A stretch of DNA of 62,866 nt, counting the filler. It is 5 parts of 5 records of this genome, joined end to end, with 100 filler letters (N's around TTAATTAATTAA, not from the genome) between each part and the next. Parts side by side here need not be neighbours in the genome. Positions count along the whole stretch, not along the records: positions 1 to 29,806 come from SRR20825015_141; positions 29,907 to 38,615 come from SRR20825015_157; positions 38,716 to 56,048 come from SRR20825015_186; 2 more parts are not named here. One strand, 5' to 3'. A model generated the notes under the pieces. That model was not told where the DNA came from and did no database searches. It saw nothing but the letters and a program-made list of their open reading frames with translations. A program made the position numbers and the translations under genes. Shown here piece by piece: positions 27,388-39,196 of the stretch (positions are counted from its first letter, which is position 1; the number at the start of each line of letters is the position of its first letter).

Positions 27388-28461
27388 TCAGGGAGTGTGA
27401 ATAATCCCTCCGCGAGATGATCTAGTAGCTCCTGTAACGCTGCTCAACACATTGTTTTCTCCTGCTAAATAAAGCGCTCCTAAAAAACCAAAAACGATGG
27501 CTTCCTTAAAATCAATGATCTCCTGAGATGGGAGAATGATTTCACCTTCAAATTTCGCTTGAATTCGCTCAATCAAATAGGTGTTTTTAGCTCCTCCACC
27601 AGTCGCAAGGACTTTCTCAACGGAGTTCTTTTGCAGTGAATTAGCGATTTGACAAGCAATGTGTTCGGTTATTGTCGCTAGTTGATTTTCTGGGGAAATT
27701 TCATCCTTGAGCAAGGGCATAAAAGCACTAAAGAGCCATTCGGTACCGAGTGATTTAGGTCCACTAGAGGAATAAAAATCTAATTCGTTTAATTGAGAAA
27801 GAAGCGCTTGATCTACGTTTCCGCTGCGCGATTTGTCTCCGTTTTTATCAAAATTGACGTTAAAATATCGTTCCATTAGATGGTTCAGAGGAAGATTTCC
27901 TGGGCAAATATCAAATGCGATGATCGGGCTCTTTTTGGGATACGAGATATTACAAAACCCTCCAATATTCAGAAATGCATCGGCAAACTCGTTAAATAGA
28001 ATTAAATCTCCAATTGGAACAAGTGGTGCGCCTTGTCCACCAAGGGCGATGTCTTTTGAACGAAAGTCGTTAATGACTGGAATCCCACAGGTAACAGCTA
28101 AGCTCGTTCCACAACCAATCTGTAGGGTAAATCCATTTTCGGGTTGGTGAAAAATGGTTTGACCATGAGAAGCAACCGCATGAATTTCAGCTTTGTTAAT
28201 CCCATTTTCATGAACAAACGAATCTACGACCTCACCAAAGAAAACACCGAGTTCTTTATCTAAAATGCACAATTCTTCTGTTGAAAGTGTTGGAGCTTCT
28301 TTTAATTTCCTGAGCAATTTCTCTGGATATTCCACACCGAGAGTGCTGAGAATTTCAAAATTCCAATCTCCTGTTTTTTGTTGGTCGTACCTGCAATAGG
28401 CGACGTCAACTCCGTCTAGAGAAGTGCCCGACATTAATCCTATTATAGTGCATGAATTCAA
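27388..28461 (-). CDS. anmK: Anhydro-N-acetylmuramic acid kinase
   Basis: IGLMSGTSLDGVD, SHGQT, DFRSKDIALGGQGAPLVP, LNIGG, KEAIVF. Confidence 0.95.
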   Translation of the reverse strand: MNSCTIIGLMSGTSLDGVDVAYCRYDQQKTGDWNFEILSTLGVEYPEKLLRKLKEAPTLSTEELCILDKELGVFFGEVVDSFVHENGINKAEIHAVASHGQTIFHQPENGFTLQIGCGTSLAVTCGIPVINDFRSKDIALGGQGAPLVPIGDLILFNEFADAFLNIGGFCNISYPKKSPIIAFDICPGNLPLNHLMERYFNVNFDKNGDKSRSGNVDQALLSQLNELDFYSSSGPKSLGTEWLFSAFMPLLKDEISPENQLATITEHIACQIANSLQKNSVEKVLATGGGAKNTYLIERIQAKFEGEIILPSQEIIDFKEAIVFGFLGALYLAGENNVLSSVTGATRSSRGGIIHTP

Positions 28462-28544
28462 GATGTGATTAAAGGTAGAAATTTAAATTAAAGCATTAAC
28501 TTTGCTTTTCGGTTATTTTACCAAAAAAATAAAACCTCAATTAT

Positions 28545-29687
28545 ATGAATTTTGATCTCTCTGAAGAGCACTTGGCAGTTAAGAAAGCTGCGCGGGATTT
28601 TGCTCAGAATGTCTTGAAACCAGGAGTTATAGCTCGAGATAATGAACAACGTTTTCCTGCGGATGAAATCCGTCAATTGGGAGAATTGGGGTTCATGGGA
28701 ATGATGGTTGACCCAAAATATGGTGGGTCTGGAATGGATACTTTGTCGTATGTACTTGCAATGGAAGAGATTTCTAAAGTAGATGCATCGACTTCGGTAT
28801 GTATGTCTGTAAACAATTCGCTCGTTTGCTGGGGATTGGAGAAGTTCGGTACGGAAGAGCAAAAACAGAAATACTTAGTTCCACTTGCAACAGGAGAGAA
28901 AATTGGTGCTTTTTGTTTGTCGGAGCCTGAAGCTGGATCAGATGCAACATCTCAAAGGACTACGGCTATCGATCACGGTGATCACTATATTTTGAATGGA
29001 ACAAAAAACTGGATTACAAATGGTTCTTCTGCTTCTATTTATTTAGTAATTGCTCAAACAGATGCTGAAGCGAAACATAAAGGAATCAATGCGTTCATCA
29101 TCGAGCGTGGAATGGAAGGATTTATCGTTGGAGCGAAAGAAGATAAAATGGGAATTCGTGGATCGGATACTCACACACTTTTATTCAACGATGTGAAAGT
29201 TCCTAAGGAAAATCGAATCGGTGAAGATGGTTTTGGATTTACGTTCGCAATGAAAGTACTTTCTGGTGGTAGAATTGGAATCGCATCGCAGGCATTAGGA
29301 ATTGCTGGTGGGGCTTATGAATTGTCTTTGGCATATTCAAAAGAGCGTAAAGCGTTTGGAAAAGAAATTTCTAAGCATCAAGCAATCGCTTTCAAGTTGG
29401 CTGATATGGCGACTGATATCGAAGCTGCGAAAATGTTGGTTTATCGTTCTGCACTTGATAAAGATCAAGGAAGAAACTATGATCGTTCTAGCGCAATGGC
29501 GAAATTGTACGCTTCTAAAGTGGCAATGGAACATACCGTTGAAGCGGTGCAAATTCACGGAGGATACGGATTCGTGAAGGAATACCACGTAGAAAGAATG
29601 ATGCGTGACGCGAAAATCACACAGATCTACGAAGGAACTTCGGAAGTTCAGAAAATTGTAATTTCTAGAAGTTTGTTAAGTGAATAA
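28545..29687 (+). CDS. Short-chain acyl-CoA dehydrogenase
   Basis: FCLSEPEAGSDA, LNGTKNWITNG, QIHGGYGF, IYEGTSEVQ. Confidence 0.93.
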   Translation: MNFDLSEEHLAVKKAARDFAQNVLKPGVIARDNEQRFPADEIRQLGELGFMGMMVDPKYGGSGMDTLSYVLAMEEISKVDASTSVCMSVNNSLVCWGLEKFGTEEQKQKYLVPLATGEKIGAFCLSEPEAGSDATSQRTTAIDHGDHYILNGTKNWITNGSSASIYLVIAQTDAEAKHKGINAFIIERGMEGFIVGAKEDKMGIRGSDTHTLLFNDVKVPKENRIGEDGFGFTFAMKVLSGGRIGIASQALGIAGGAYELSLAYSKERKAFGKEISKHQAIAFKLADMATDIEAAKMLVYRSALDKDQGRNYDRSSAMAKLYASKVAMEHTVEAVQIHGGYGFVKEYHVERMMRDAKITQIYEGTSEVQKIVISRSLLSE

Positions 29688-29708
29688 TCTTCGTTAATAA
29701 AGATATGG

Positions 29709-29740
29709 AAGCTCGTTTCGAAAGGAACGGGCTTTTTTTT
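29709..29740 (+). terminator. Intrinsic terminator
   Basis: AAGCTCGTTTC-GAAA-GGAACGGGCTT followed by T-run. Confidence 0.85.
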
Positions 29741-29743
29741 GAT

Positions 29744-29772
29744 GTAGTCGCGGATTGAAAATCCGCGACTAC
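29744..29772. repeat. REP-like perfect palindrome
   Basis: GTAGTCGCGGATT-GAA-AATCCGCGACTAC, 13-bp perfect arms beginning GTAG. Confidence 0.6.
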
Positions 29773-29806
29773 TAGTTCGTTAGTGGGTTTCGAGAGCCTC
29801 AACCCA

Positions 29807-29906
29807 NNNNNNNNNNNNNNNNNNNNNNNNNNNNNNNNNNNNNNNNNNNNTTAATTAATTAANNNNNNNNNNNNNNNNNNNNNNNNNNNNNNNNNNNNNN
29901 NNNNNN
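29807..29906. other. Artificial contig linker
   Basis: N-run, TTAATTAATTAA (stops in all six frames), N-run. Confidence 0.99.
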
Positions 29907-32900
29907 ACACAATCACACAAACACACAAACACACAATCGCACGGCCGTACCTCCAACACTCAACGTATGTCCCGTGAAAGCCCATCCATCCCCCTCACTG
30001 ATGCATAGGACGTACTCGCCAGCCAATGTCACTTCCAAGCCAACAGATCCAATGAGTCCATCTTCCGTATCCACGTATGCGAGCAGTGTGGCCTCAGACG
30101 TTTGGGCAAGATCCACTTGACCACATCCGAGCGTTGTAGCCACCACCGGCATTGAAGGGTACAACCCTGTGCCATTGAGAACGATGGGTTGTGATTCTTT
30201 GGTTGAAAAAGTGGCCGGGATAACCTCAACAATATTTGGTGCTGTTTTAAAGGTGAGCATTATACCCAAGGTTTGTTATGCTTAGCTTCTTACTTGCAAT
30301 ATCAAGCAGCAGCCCTTCCACTGCTTGCCAATCAGCATTTTGATCGTCTCGCTTGTAGCAAACAGCAAAGGATCCTCGAGGAGGTGTCATAATTGTGACT
30401 TCGCCGCTTGTTCCACTCCCTTCCACCGACCCGTCTTCATTGGTGAGCGAGAGACCATACGAGGGGTACACCTCTGCCGCACATTCTTCTTCCGATGCAG
30501 CGAGTGCGAACTGCATGTTGGATGCTAAATTCTCGCCCTCTACACCAAACACTACCTCCACTTCTCCGAGGATGTCTTCACTACCATCAGCCGTTGCAAA
30601 TAGTGACACAATCGGTTCTAAAGGCGTGCAGTGTTGAGCGTTAGTAGTGCAAACCACGCGATGTACCGCGCAACGTTTAGTGAGGTTCCTACCTATGACT
30701 GTAAGTGACGCGAGTGCTTTGAATGCGCCATTTGGGGTGTAGTGGACGCAAAGTATATAGCCTCCACTCGTCACTGGATGTGTGACATTTGCGGAACCCT
30801 CAGTTCTTGTGCGATCCACTTCCAGTGGCGACGACGACTCGACTGTGGCACAGTCAGTACCTATGCCGATGCTACTGCCAGGTATCAAGTGGCTGCCGGT
30901 GAGTGCGACAGTGATAGTCGACCCAGATATTGAGGCTGGGAAGACATTTGAAGGTGTGACCGTGTGAACTTCCTCCTCGGCTACAAGACGACGCTGTTAG
31001 AGTCTGCTCGCCTATTTGTTTTACCAGTTCGTGATCGTCGTTACCTATTGTGAAGTTGAAAGTCTGAGAGAAGCCTTCATTCCCAGCGACGTCGTACACC
31101 AAGTGATGGAGTTCGTGAGGTCCTGGTATCAGCACGTCTGTCACAACAAGTTGGGCAGAAGATCCGATCCAGTTCACAGCGTTGTCAACCTTGTACAGGA
31201 AGGGCAAATCTCTATCCTCGACCTCCGGAACGGCTTCATTGCTTGCGAAGACGAACTCGGCTCCAAGGCGGAGAGCGTATGATGCAACTGAGGAGATTGG
31301 AGGGGTGGTATCTGCGGAGAAGGGTGGTGAGCGTGAGATCAACGGGGGTTGATGTTATGGTGAGGTGCGGGGGTAGCAGAAACAGTGTGCCATCTTAGCG
31401 TAATCTCACCAATTTCCCAAGTGTACGAGGTGCCCAGTGGATCAACATTGCCCGCACGGTCAATTGCCTGAGCCACAAGTGTGTGGGCGCCCTCTGCAAG
31501 CGCATCTTCCTTCAGCGTGTATGGATTGGAGCACGCAGCAAAATCGTGTCCATCTAACGAACACTGAAAAGTCGACAGCGTTTCAGACGACTGAAACTTG
31601 AACTTGCTCTTGTGGAAGTTTTGAACGACGAGCGGGGTGTCAAGGAGAGATGTTATGGGGGGAGTTGTGTCTAGGGGGACCCGTGTGGAGGAGAGTTAAT
31701 CCTTGAAATAGTAAGTGGTCGCAGACGAAGTATCGCACTCACCAACTGTCCAAATCGTCTTAGCAGCACTCAGCTCTTCATTTCCGTAAGAGTCGGTTGC
31801 GAGGATTTCCAGCACATACACTCCGTCTCCATTCTCTGAAACGGTCGAGACAGGAGACTCGCAGGGCTCATTGTCGATGACCGCGACACCGTCAGGTTGC
31901 GTGAAGGTGCAAGTGAAGGTGCAGTCTTCCTCGGAGCATTCAAACGAGGTCTCCCACTCCAGTATGGGAGTGATGGTGGCGGGCTTGGACAAGAGAGACG
32001 TGTCCGGCTTGGACTTGTCTGTTTAGGCAGCGTTAGTCTCCAGAGACAGCCAACGGATTGATTGATGGGAGTCGTCGTAAGTATGGGCAGTATCACGCTG
32101 TGCTGAGAGAACGCGAAATTTCTTACCAACTTCGAACTCAAAAGTCAACTTGTCTGCTACATTTCCAGCGATATCCTCTGCACGAACGTCAAATGAGTGA
32201 GTCCCAGCCTCCATCTCGTGCACCACATGAGGTGAGCTACAATCGGCGTATTGGTCGCTGTTCATACGGCAAAGGAAGGAAGCAGTCTCATCCGCTTCGA
32301 ACTCAAACGTGAGGTCCAAACCTCCGTTGATGGCGTCCGGAGTGTACAGAAAGTGACTAGCCGGAGGAGTGATATCTGTAACATGCAATCCCCATTAGCC
32401 GTTCCGAAGCGAAACAAGAAATACCGAACATACCGATAAACCACTCATACTCCACTCCAGCCGCGTCCGTGTTGCCAGCGGTGTCCGTAGCAAAGGCTCG
32501 TAACGTGTGCTCACCAGCCTCGAGGGCCGTGGAGAAGATGAACGACTCGGAACAACTAATCGGGCTACCATCGATTTCACAACTGAACGTGGATGGCTCC
32601 GAGGCCCCCAACTCAAACTCTGGTTTGGTCTCCCGACTGACTTCGCTTGGGAAAACCTCAATAAGGGTAGAGGGAGGTTGTATGTCTGCAGTGCAGCGGC
32701 AGAAGTCCGAATGATTAAAAACCAAACGAAAGAAAATTGTGTCCCATCTGAGGAGCTCTTCAATCTATTCTTACCAACAATCCACTGAAAGGCACTTGGG
32801 GATTCTTCAACAAGTCCAGCAACATCTGTAGCCGTTACGACTACGGAATGTTCTCCCTCCACTAAACCCGAAACGACCAAAGGAGATGTACAATCCTCTT

Positions 32901-35900
32901 CCACACCTCCGTCGATCGCGCATGTGAACGTTGCCTCCTCAGTCGCTGTGAACTCGATAGACACTTCCACTAGGTTGCTTACAGCTGCTGGACCATCCAC
33001 CACCGTTGTCACAGGAGGAGTTAAATCTGGTGGTCATGGCACGGACAAGTCAGGAAAGCTGAAACATCTAATAGTGCAAACGAAAAGACAGAGGCCCGTA
33101 CCTATTACCCAATCGACACGCAGAGGAGGATTGGCCCAATTTCCCACCGCATCACGAGCAAAGATGTAGACTGAGTGCTCCCCAGCATCGAGGGGTCCAA
33201 CCGACAGAGGCGACGAGCAGATTGCGACTACAGTTCCGTCAAGCAAGCAGTTATGCTCGGAAATTGGTTCAGATTCGGTCCAAGACATTGTCGCCTCAGT
33301 AGAAGAGGTTCTTTCAGGAGGGCCAGACGTGAGAGTGGATGTGGGAGGTGTTAAATCCGTCAACCAAGATGTGGTGGCTGCCGTCGAGTCTTGGAGTCCA
33401 GCGGCGTCTACGGCCCACACCTCCACTGTGTGGAAGCCTTCGTTGGTGGTCACACTCCACGGGGAGCTGCAGACAATGACATCCCCACCATTGAGAGAAC
33501 ATAGGAATGTCGATCCTTCCTCATTGGAGGAGAAATACACAGTCGCTTTGTTCTCAGCACTCTGCTCTGGTGGAATTGGACTGTCTAAAGTGGTCTCTGG
33601 CGGCGTAGCATCTGCAGAAAGGAGGGGTGTCAGTGTTTGGAAGTTGGACCGACTGTAGATTCACTTTACCTAAAGTTGTGACGTCGTTGAGTGACACGAC
33701 AGTCCCGTAGGACGAGCCATCGGTGGAGACAGGCGCAAAGTATATGTCGTAGGTGGAGCTATCCAAGAGGTCTTCAACCACCACAGTCGATGTTGTCTCC
33801 ACCGACGATGCGAGCAGAATTCCTCCGCTGACGACATCGTCCGTCGGGAGTTCCACCATAGCACGTACATCTTCTGCGGAAGGAGGTGTGCTTCCGTCGA
33901 CCATTGCAACATAGTAGACGTCGAAGACGCCAGAGGTGGACCACACGGAGGTCGCGCTGTATCCACTCACATCCGTCAACTCCAAATTTTCAATCTCACC
34001 CATTTCTTTCGCAGGAGCGAAATGTTAGTTACGAAGGCGATGGGAGAGGGGTTTCTCCTTTGGTGAGTGATGTGGGAGACGGAAACTTACCAGTGGTGAC
34101 CGTGAGTGATTGGAACGTCGAAGACAGGGAGCTGCCGTCGTAGCTTCTCAGGACAACGAAGAATTCATACTCCACACCAGCCATAAGTCCAGGCACGTCC
34201 AGCTCGGAAATGTCGTTGATTGTATCCATCAGGAAAGAAGTGGCGAGGGCGATCGTATCGCTCTCTCCACTATCGTACGCTGCGGCAACGTCAGCCGGAG
34301 ACGTTGGTGTGTCCGATGATGCCACAAGAAGCAGCTCCGAGTAACCCGTCACACCCACAAAGATGGTGAGTCCTTGATTGTTGATAGACCCTGGCTTGAC
34401 GGAAGTTGTTGTGAAGAACTCGGACATTTCTGAACAAATGCGAAACGAATAGTGAGTTTCGATCGATGAACGCGTTACGAAGAAGGGGGGTGTCTACATA
34501 CCTGTAAGAATGGGAACAGTTTCCACTACGTGATCGCTAAGAGCATTCGCAGCGGCGTTTAAACTGACTGTGAAAGCTTTGAGATTTACTCCAGCCGGAA
34601 GACCGTCCGCCGTCTCGGACACTGTGCCGTAAGTGGTCGCACTGATGGTACCGACACTGTAGACTCCATCAAACAATTGCACCCCGCCCGAGTGAGCGTT
34701 GAGGAAGTTACTGACGGAGGTTGCGGGATGTGTAACGTCGCTTTGGGCAATGATGTAGTGAACCAAACCATCTCCATCCACCGTGACCTCTACTGTGACA
34801 GATCCCAATACCGGGTTGCCAACAGTAGACGCCGTCACTCGCGGATACGCATTGAAGCAAATAGTGGCGTACTCGGATGAGGTTTCGCTGTCCTGCCCGA
34901 CTGCTGCTGACAGACATTGGCCCGTCTTGCCAGCGATCAGTTGACCGCATTCCAGACTAGTTTCTTCCTGGCCAACGGTGTGAATCAGTGGGACCGCACA
35001 CAAGGCCCACTCTGCACCGGCGGTACCAAAGGAGAGACCTTCAATGACGACTCCGTCCACCTGATTGGCTGCACATTCGTCAAGTGCGAATGGGTCGGCA
35101 CTACTGACAACGCAGTTGCCACCATCCACTGCAGCCACTGATACGATATGAGGAACAGCACTGTATCCCACCGTGATCCCGGATGGCCCAAGCGTCTCAT
35201 CCGCTCTGAACACTTCTACGTTCACAACGGAAGCACTGACCCCCGGTTTCAAGTGACACGATAGCTCGGAGGAAGAGACGAACACTACGGATCCACTAGT
35301 ACAGATGTTGCAGTCCACACCACCATCCAAATGGCTACCATGAATGGTCGCGGTGCTCAAACCAATGGTGGGGCACTCCATGATCCCGTTGGCTCCATCA
35401 TCTTCGCATCCGGAAGCTGCTGTTATCGACGTGATAGTGGGCATGCCTAGTTGGTATCAAAGATTCGTTGTTAGTATGGTAGAGCCGTTTAGAAAACAAA
35501 AATAGTTGTATACAAATAATAACGCAGTCATCACACACACCAAAAACAAAAACATAACATCACAGCCTTACCTAAGGTGATGAAGGTTCTCTTTGTAGCA
35601 CTGATGGCTCCGTCGGTCGACGGATTGCCAGCCAGGTCAGTCGCGAAACAGAATACGTTATAACTTGTCCTCGCAGATAGACTGGCGATGTTCACGTCCA
35701 ACCACTGCATACCAATGTCTACAGTCACTGGTGTGGCGGCAGCTGTGATGGCTTCCGGGGTGGGAGCAACGTCAAACATGTGACACCAGACAGTGCCGGG
35801 CTCACTGAGGCGAACTCGGACGGCGACGCTAAGAGCTGTTGGTGTAATCGTACCCATAAACACACTCGGCGGTGTACCTTCAAAACAAAAAAAGAATGTT

Positions 35901-38615
35901 GTAAACACACACACAAAGAAAACAAAAGAAAAACGGTCGTTCAGTTGGCACCTGTCAGAGTATCGGGTCGAAGATGGAGGACTCATAAGGCGAAAGCACG
36001 AACTTACCAAACCTCACACTTGTGGCAACAGCTGCAGCCGCCGGGTTACCAAGGTCATCCTGGTAGGACATCGTGACATCGTAGATCCCCCCGTCCACGA
36101 TATCGAAGCCAACTGGATCCAGGGCCACAACCACATCCGAAACTTCTGAGAAAGAGGAGATGACAAGACTGTGCGTGCCTTGGTGTTCATGAGCAGGCGC
36201 GAGTGTTAGCGTGCGAGTTCCCACCGGGTCGTCATTGCCATCGACGTGTTCCAACGTGATAGTGGAGCTAGACGATGTCGCATGCTCGGGTAGATTGAAC
36301 TGAAACTGAGACGACGAGGGGGACACACGACCACCAGCAGTTGGTTCAGAAAGTATTGGCACCTCGGTAGTTGCATCTGTGACACAAAGAAGAAGATAGT
36401 GTGAGCCCCGGTCTTCAGAGGTATTTGGAGCCAGGAGTCACTCACCGTACGTGACTCCAGTGGCCGTGACACCGGATTCATCATTCTGCAGAGCGTCGAC
36501 GTAGGTGAGAGATATATCATACTTGGCACCATCGACTAGGGTGTCGTCAACCCCAATTTCTCCGTTGTATTGGCACACGACTGCATCATCGACAGCAAGT
36601 TGTGTGGCTTCAAAGTCAATGGTGTGATCGCCACTTGTTTCGAACGAGCTGCAAAGCACAAACTCATGCGGAGCATTCTCATCCGACGCCTCAGAATCCG
36701 ACGCCAACTCCATAGTTAAGGTCACAGAGTTGTTGTCAGCACCCTCAGGAAGTACGAATGATACTCGGAGCGTTGTGGAAATTCGAGAGCTGGATGCAGG
36801 GGAGGAGAGGCTTGGCTCTTCACTCAGTCCGTCTGTGAGGGAGGAGGTAACGTTAGCAAATTCGATCGCTTTTGGACCCTTTCGAAGGGGCGTTACCGTA
36901 GGCTACAAGCATGGCCTGCACGGAAGCCTCAGGGTTGTACAGCGCATCTCTGTACTTAAGCGTGATAGTGTACACCTGATCATGCTTCAATCCGACACCT
37001 TCGGGGGCAGTGGATGACTGTAGCAACAACGGGTTCGTGGCGTGACTCAAATCAAAGCCATCAAGAACTCCGGAGTGAGTGCCAGCGCTCTCGTATGCAT
37101 CCGACAATACAAGACTATACGGAGCATCGGAATCTTCTGAGCCATCTTCGACTTCGAACGTGATTGTCAAACTACCAGGATAAGCGTCTTCAGCAAGTGT
37201 GAACGTCACATCAACTTCACTGTTCTCCAGGATCTCCGAAAGTGGCGATATCAATACTGGTGTGGCAGTAGTGGTGTCAACTGTCCATTCGTACGAAGCC
37301 CCAACCAAGTCAACATTGCCAGCCTCGTCAGAGCTGATCACTGTGAACATGTGAGTGCCATCACTGAGTGGCGACAGTGTGCGAGGCGAAGTACAGTCCT
37401 TGTAGGCTTCTGCGTCAACCATACACTGGAAGGTTATGCCACCATCAGTGGAGGTGAACTTGAACTCGGGAGAATCCTGCTTGCTGGGCGATGGTGGTTT
37501 GGAGGTGATGGAAGTGGTCGGATCAACAGTGTCTACGCACAAGACGGTCAGACAAAGCAAAGCAGTATTTCAGTCAGTAACAACTCCGTTCAAGAGATAC
37601 ATTGGACACCAAAACAAAAGAGAAAGAAGGAGAAACTATCTCGTCGGCCTTCCTTCCGTACCTTGGGTCCAGGTGAAGCTTGCAGGTGTCGCATCGGCAT
37701 TTCCGGCCTGATCTATCGCTCGTACTTGGAAAGTATGGCTGCCATCCACAGTCTCAGCGACAACTGTGGGACTCGAGCAAGCTTCCCAGTCCCCGTCATC
37801 AAGCTTGCACTCAACAGCGATCGCATCATCTCGGCCACTGAAGGACACGGAAGGACTGACATAGTTGATGGACAATTCAGGAGTCACATCTATGACGGTA
37901 TCTGGCGCAGTGGTGTCTATAGACGAGCAATCAAAGAGTCAGCCTCTGCAATCGCAACTTGGCGACTACTTACCAACAGTCCACGAATACTCCAGTGGAT
38001 CAACTTCAACGTTTCCTGCCGCATCTGTCGCTCGGAACGACACAGTCCTCGCTCCTTCCTCCAAAGGTTCGCCCACGGTGAAGGGAGTCGAGCAGGGAAC
38101 CCAGTCCGCTCCATTGACGCTGCATTGCAAGTCGCAGTCGGCGCAATCACCTCCATCCACATGAACGCCAAACGTAGGCGTTACTTCATTGTCTGGATCG
38201 CTCGGAGCACTCGTCAAGGAGGACACAGGAGGAGTTGTGTCTAGAGGAAGGGTCGAGTAGACGTTGCCGTGTTAAAATTGAGATTCAGGCAGAGTAATAG
38301 CATTTCGTTACCAATGGTCCATTCATACAACGCATGTCCCACTTCACTATTACCAGCCTCATCGATCGAGCGGACAGAGAATGTGTGTGGTCCATCAGTC
38401 AACTCAGCAGCAACCACGAACGGAGAAACGCAGACATCATAATCTTCGTCATCAATACTACACTGAAACGTCACAACGTCCAGAGGATCTGTGGTGAAGA
38501 AAAAAGCCGCTGCGGCAGATGCTGAGGGATTGCTCGGTCCCGAATCTATAACGGAGTTCGCCGGGGTGGTGTCAACAGTCCATGTGTACGTGGCGGGAGA
38601 TGAGTCCGTGTTTCC
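29907..38615 (-). CDS. Interior of a giant multi-exon eukaryotic extracellular protein with tandem Ig-like repeats (both ends missing)
   Basis: Minus-strand exons repeat D-x-T-P-P...F.F...TF.C..DG....C.SP...L..G.H.F.V.A.D.AGN...Y.W; at least 12 GT-AG introns of 57-129 nt restore the frame; also IPT/TIG-like and other beta-sandwich segments. Confidence 0.85.
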
Positions 38616-38715
38616 NNNNNNNNNNNNNNNNNNNNNNNNNNNNNNNNNNNNNNNNNNNNTTAATTAATTAANNNNNNNNNNNNNNNNNNNNNNNNNNNNN
38701 NNNNNNNNNNNNNNN
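38616..38715. other. Artificial contig linker
   Basis: N-run, TTAATTAATTAA, N-run. Confidence 0.99.
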
Positions 38716-38877
38716 CAGGTGGCACCATCACTCCGAAATAGCCACCCGCATCAAATAGACTCAATTTCCGACCTTATTTATGCGTCTGGATTTAACAATA
38801 AAGTATCTTTCTACAACGCTTTCAAAAAGCGAAAAAGTATGACTCCAGTCCAGTATATCAAAGCTTTAAACCAGTAA
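38716..38877 (+). CDS. 3' end of an AraC-family regulator (truncated by contig edge)
   Basis: Translates ...ISDLIYASGFNNKVSFYNAFKKRKSMTPVQYIKALNQ*, the AraC second-HTH signature. Confidence 0.8.
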   Translation, partial: QVAPSLRNSHPHQIDSISDLIYASGFNNKVSFYNAFKKRKSMTPVQYIKALNQ

Positions 38878-39196
38878 TTTTTTTTGCTTTTTTTAAGTGA
38901 AAGCTACCTAGTCCAAGTTTTTTAACATAAACATAAATATCTTATTTACAAATACTTAATATAAAGTAAAGGTATATATTCGTCGGCAAACCATAAACCT
39001 AGGTCGGTCGTAATCATCATCCCATCACCTCTCATTTATTTTATCCATTGATTAAGATTAGCACGGTCATTTTTCAAAACATTATGTCGTCTAACTGGCC
39101 CATTTGTTTATTTGGATTAGTCACCAAAAAATTGACCGGCTTTTCTTAGTCAAAAACTAATTCAAAAATGATTCTATTAATTAACACTCAAGTTAA

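Noticed and set aside
29913-38525. Many separate short genes or a decayed pseudogene
   Set aside because: The ORF fragments are exons joined by canonical GT-AG introns; plus-strand ORFs such as 37351-38244 are antisense shadows
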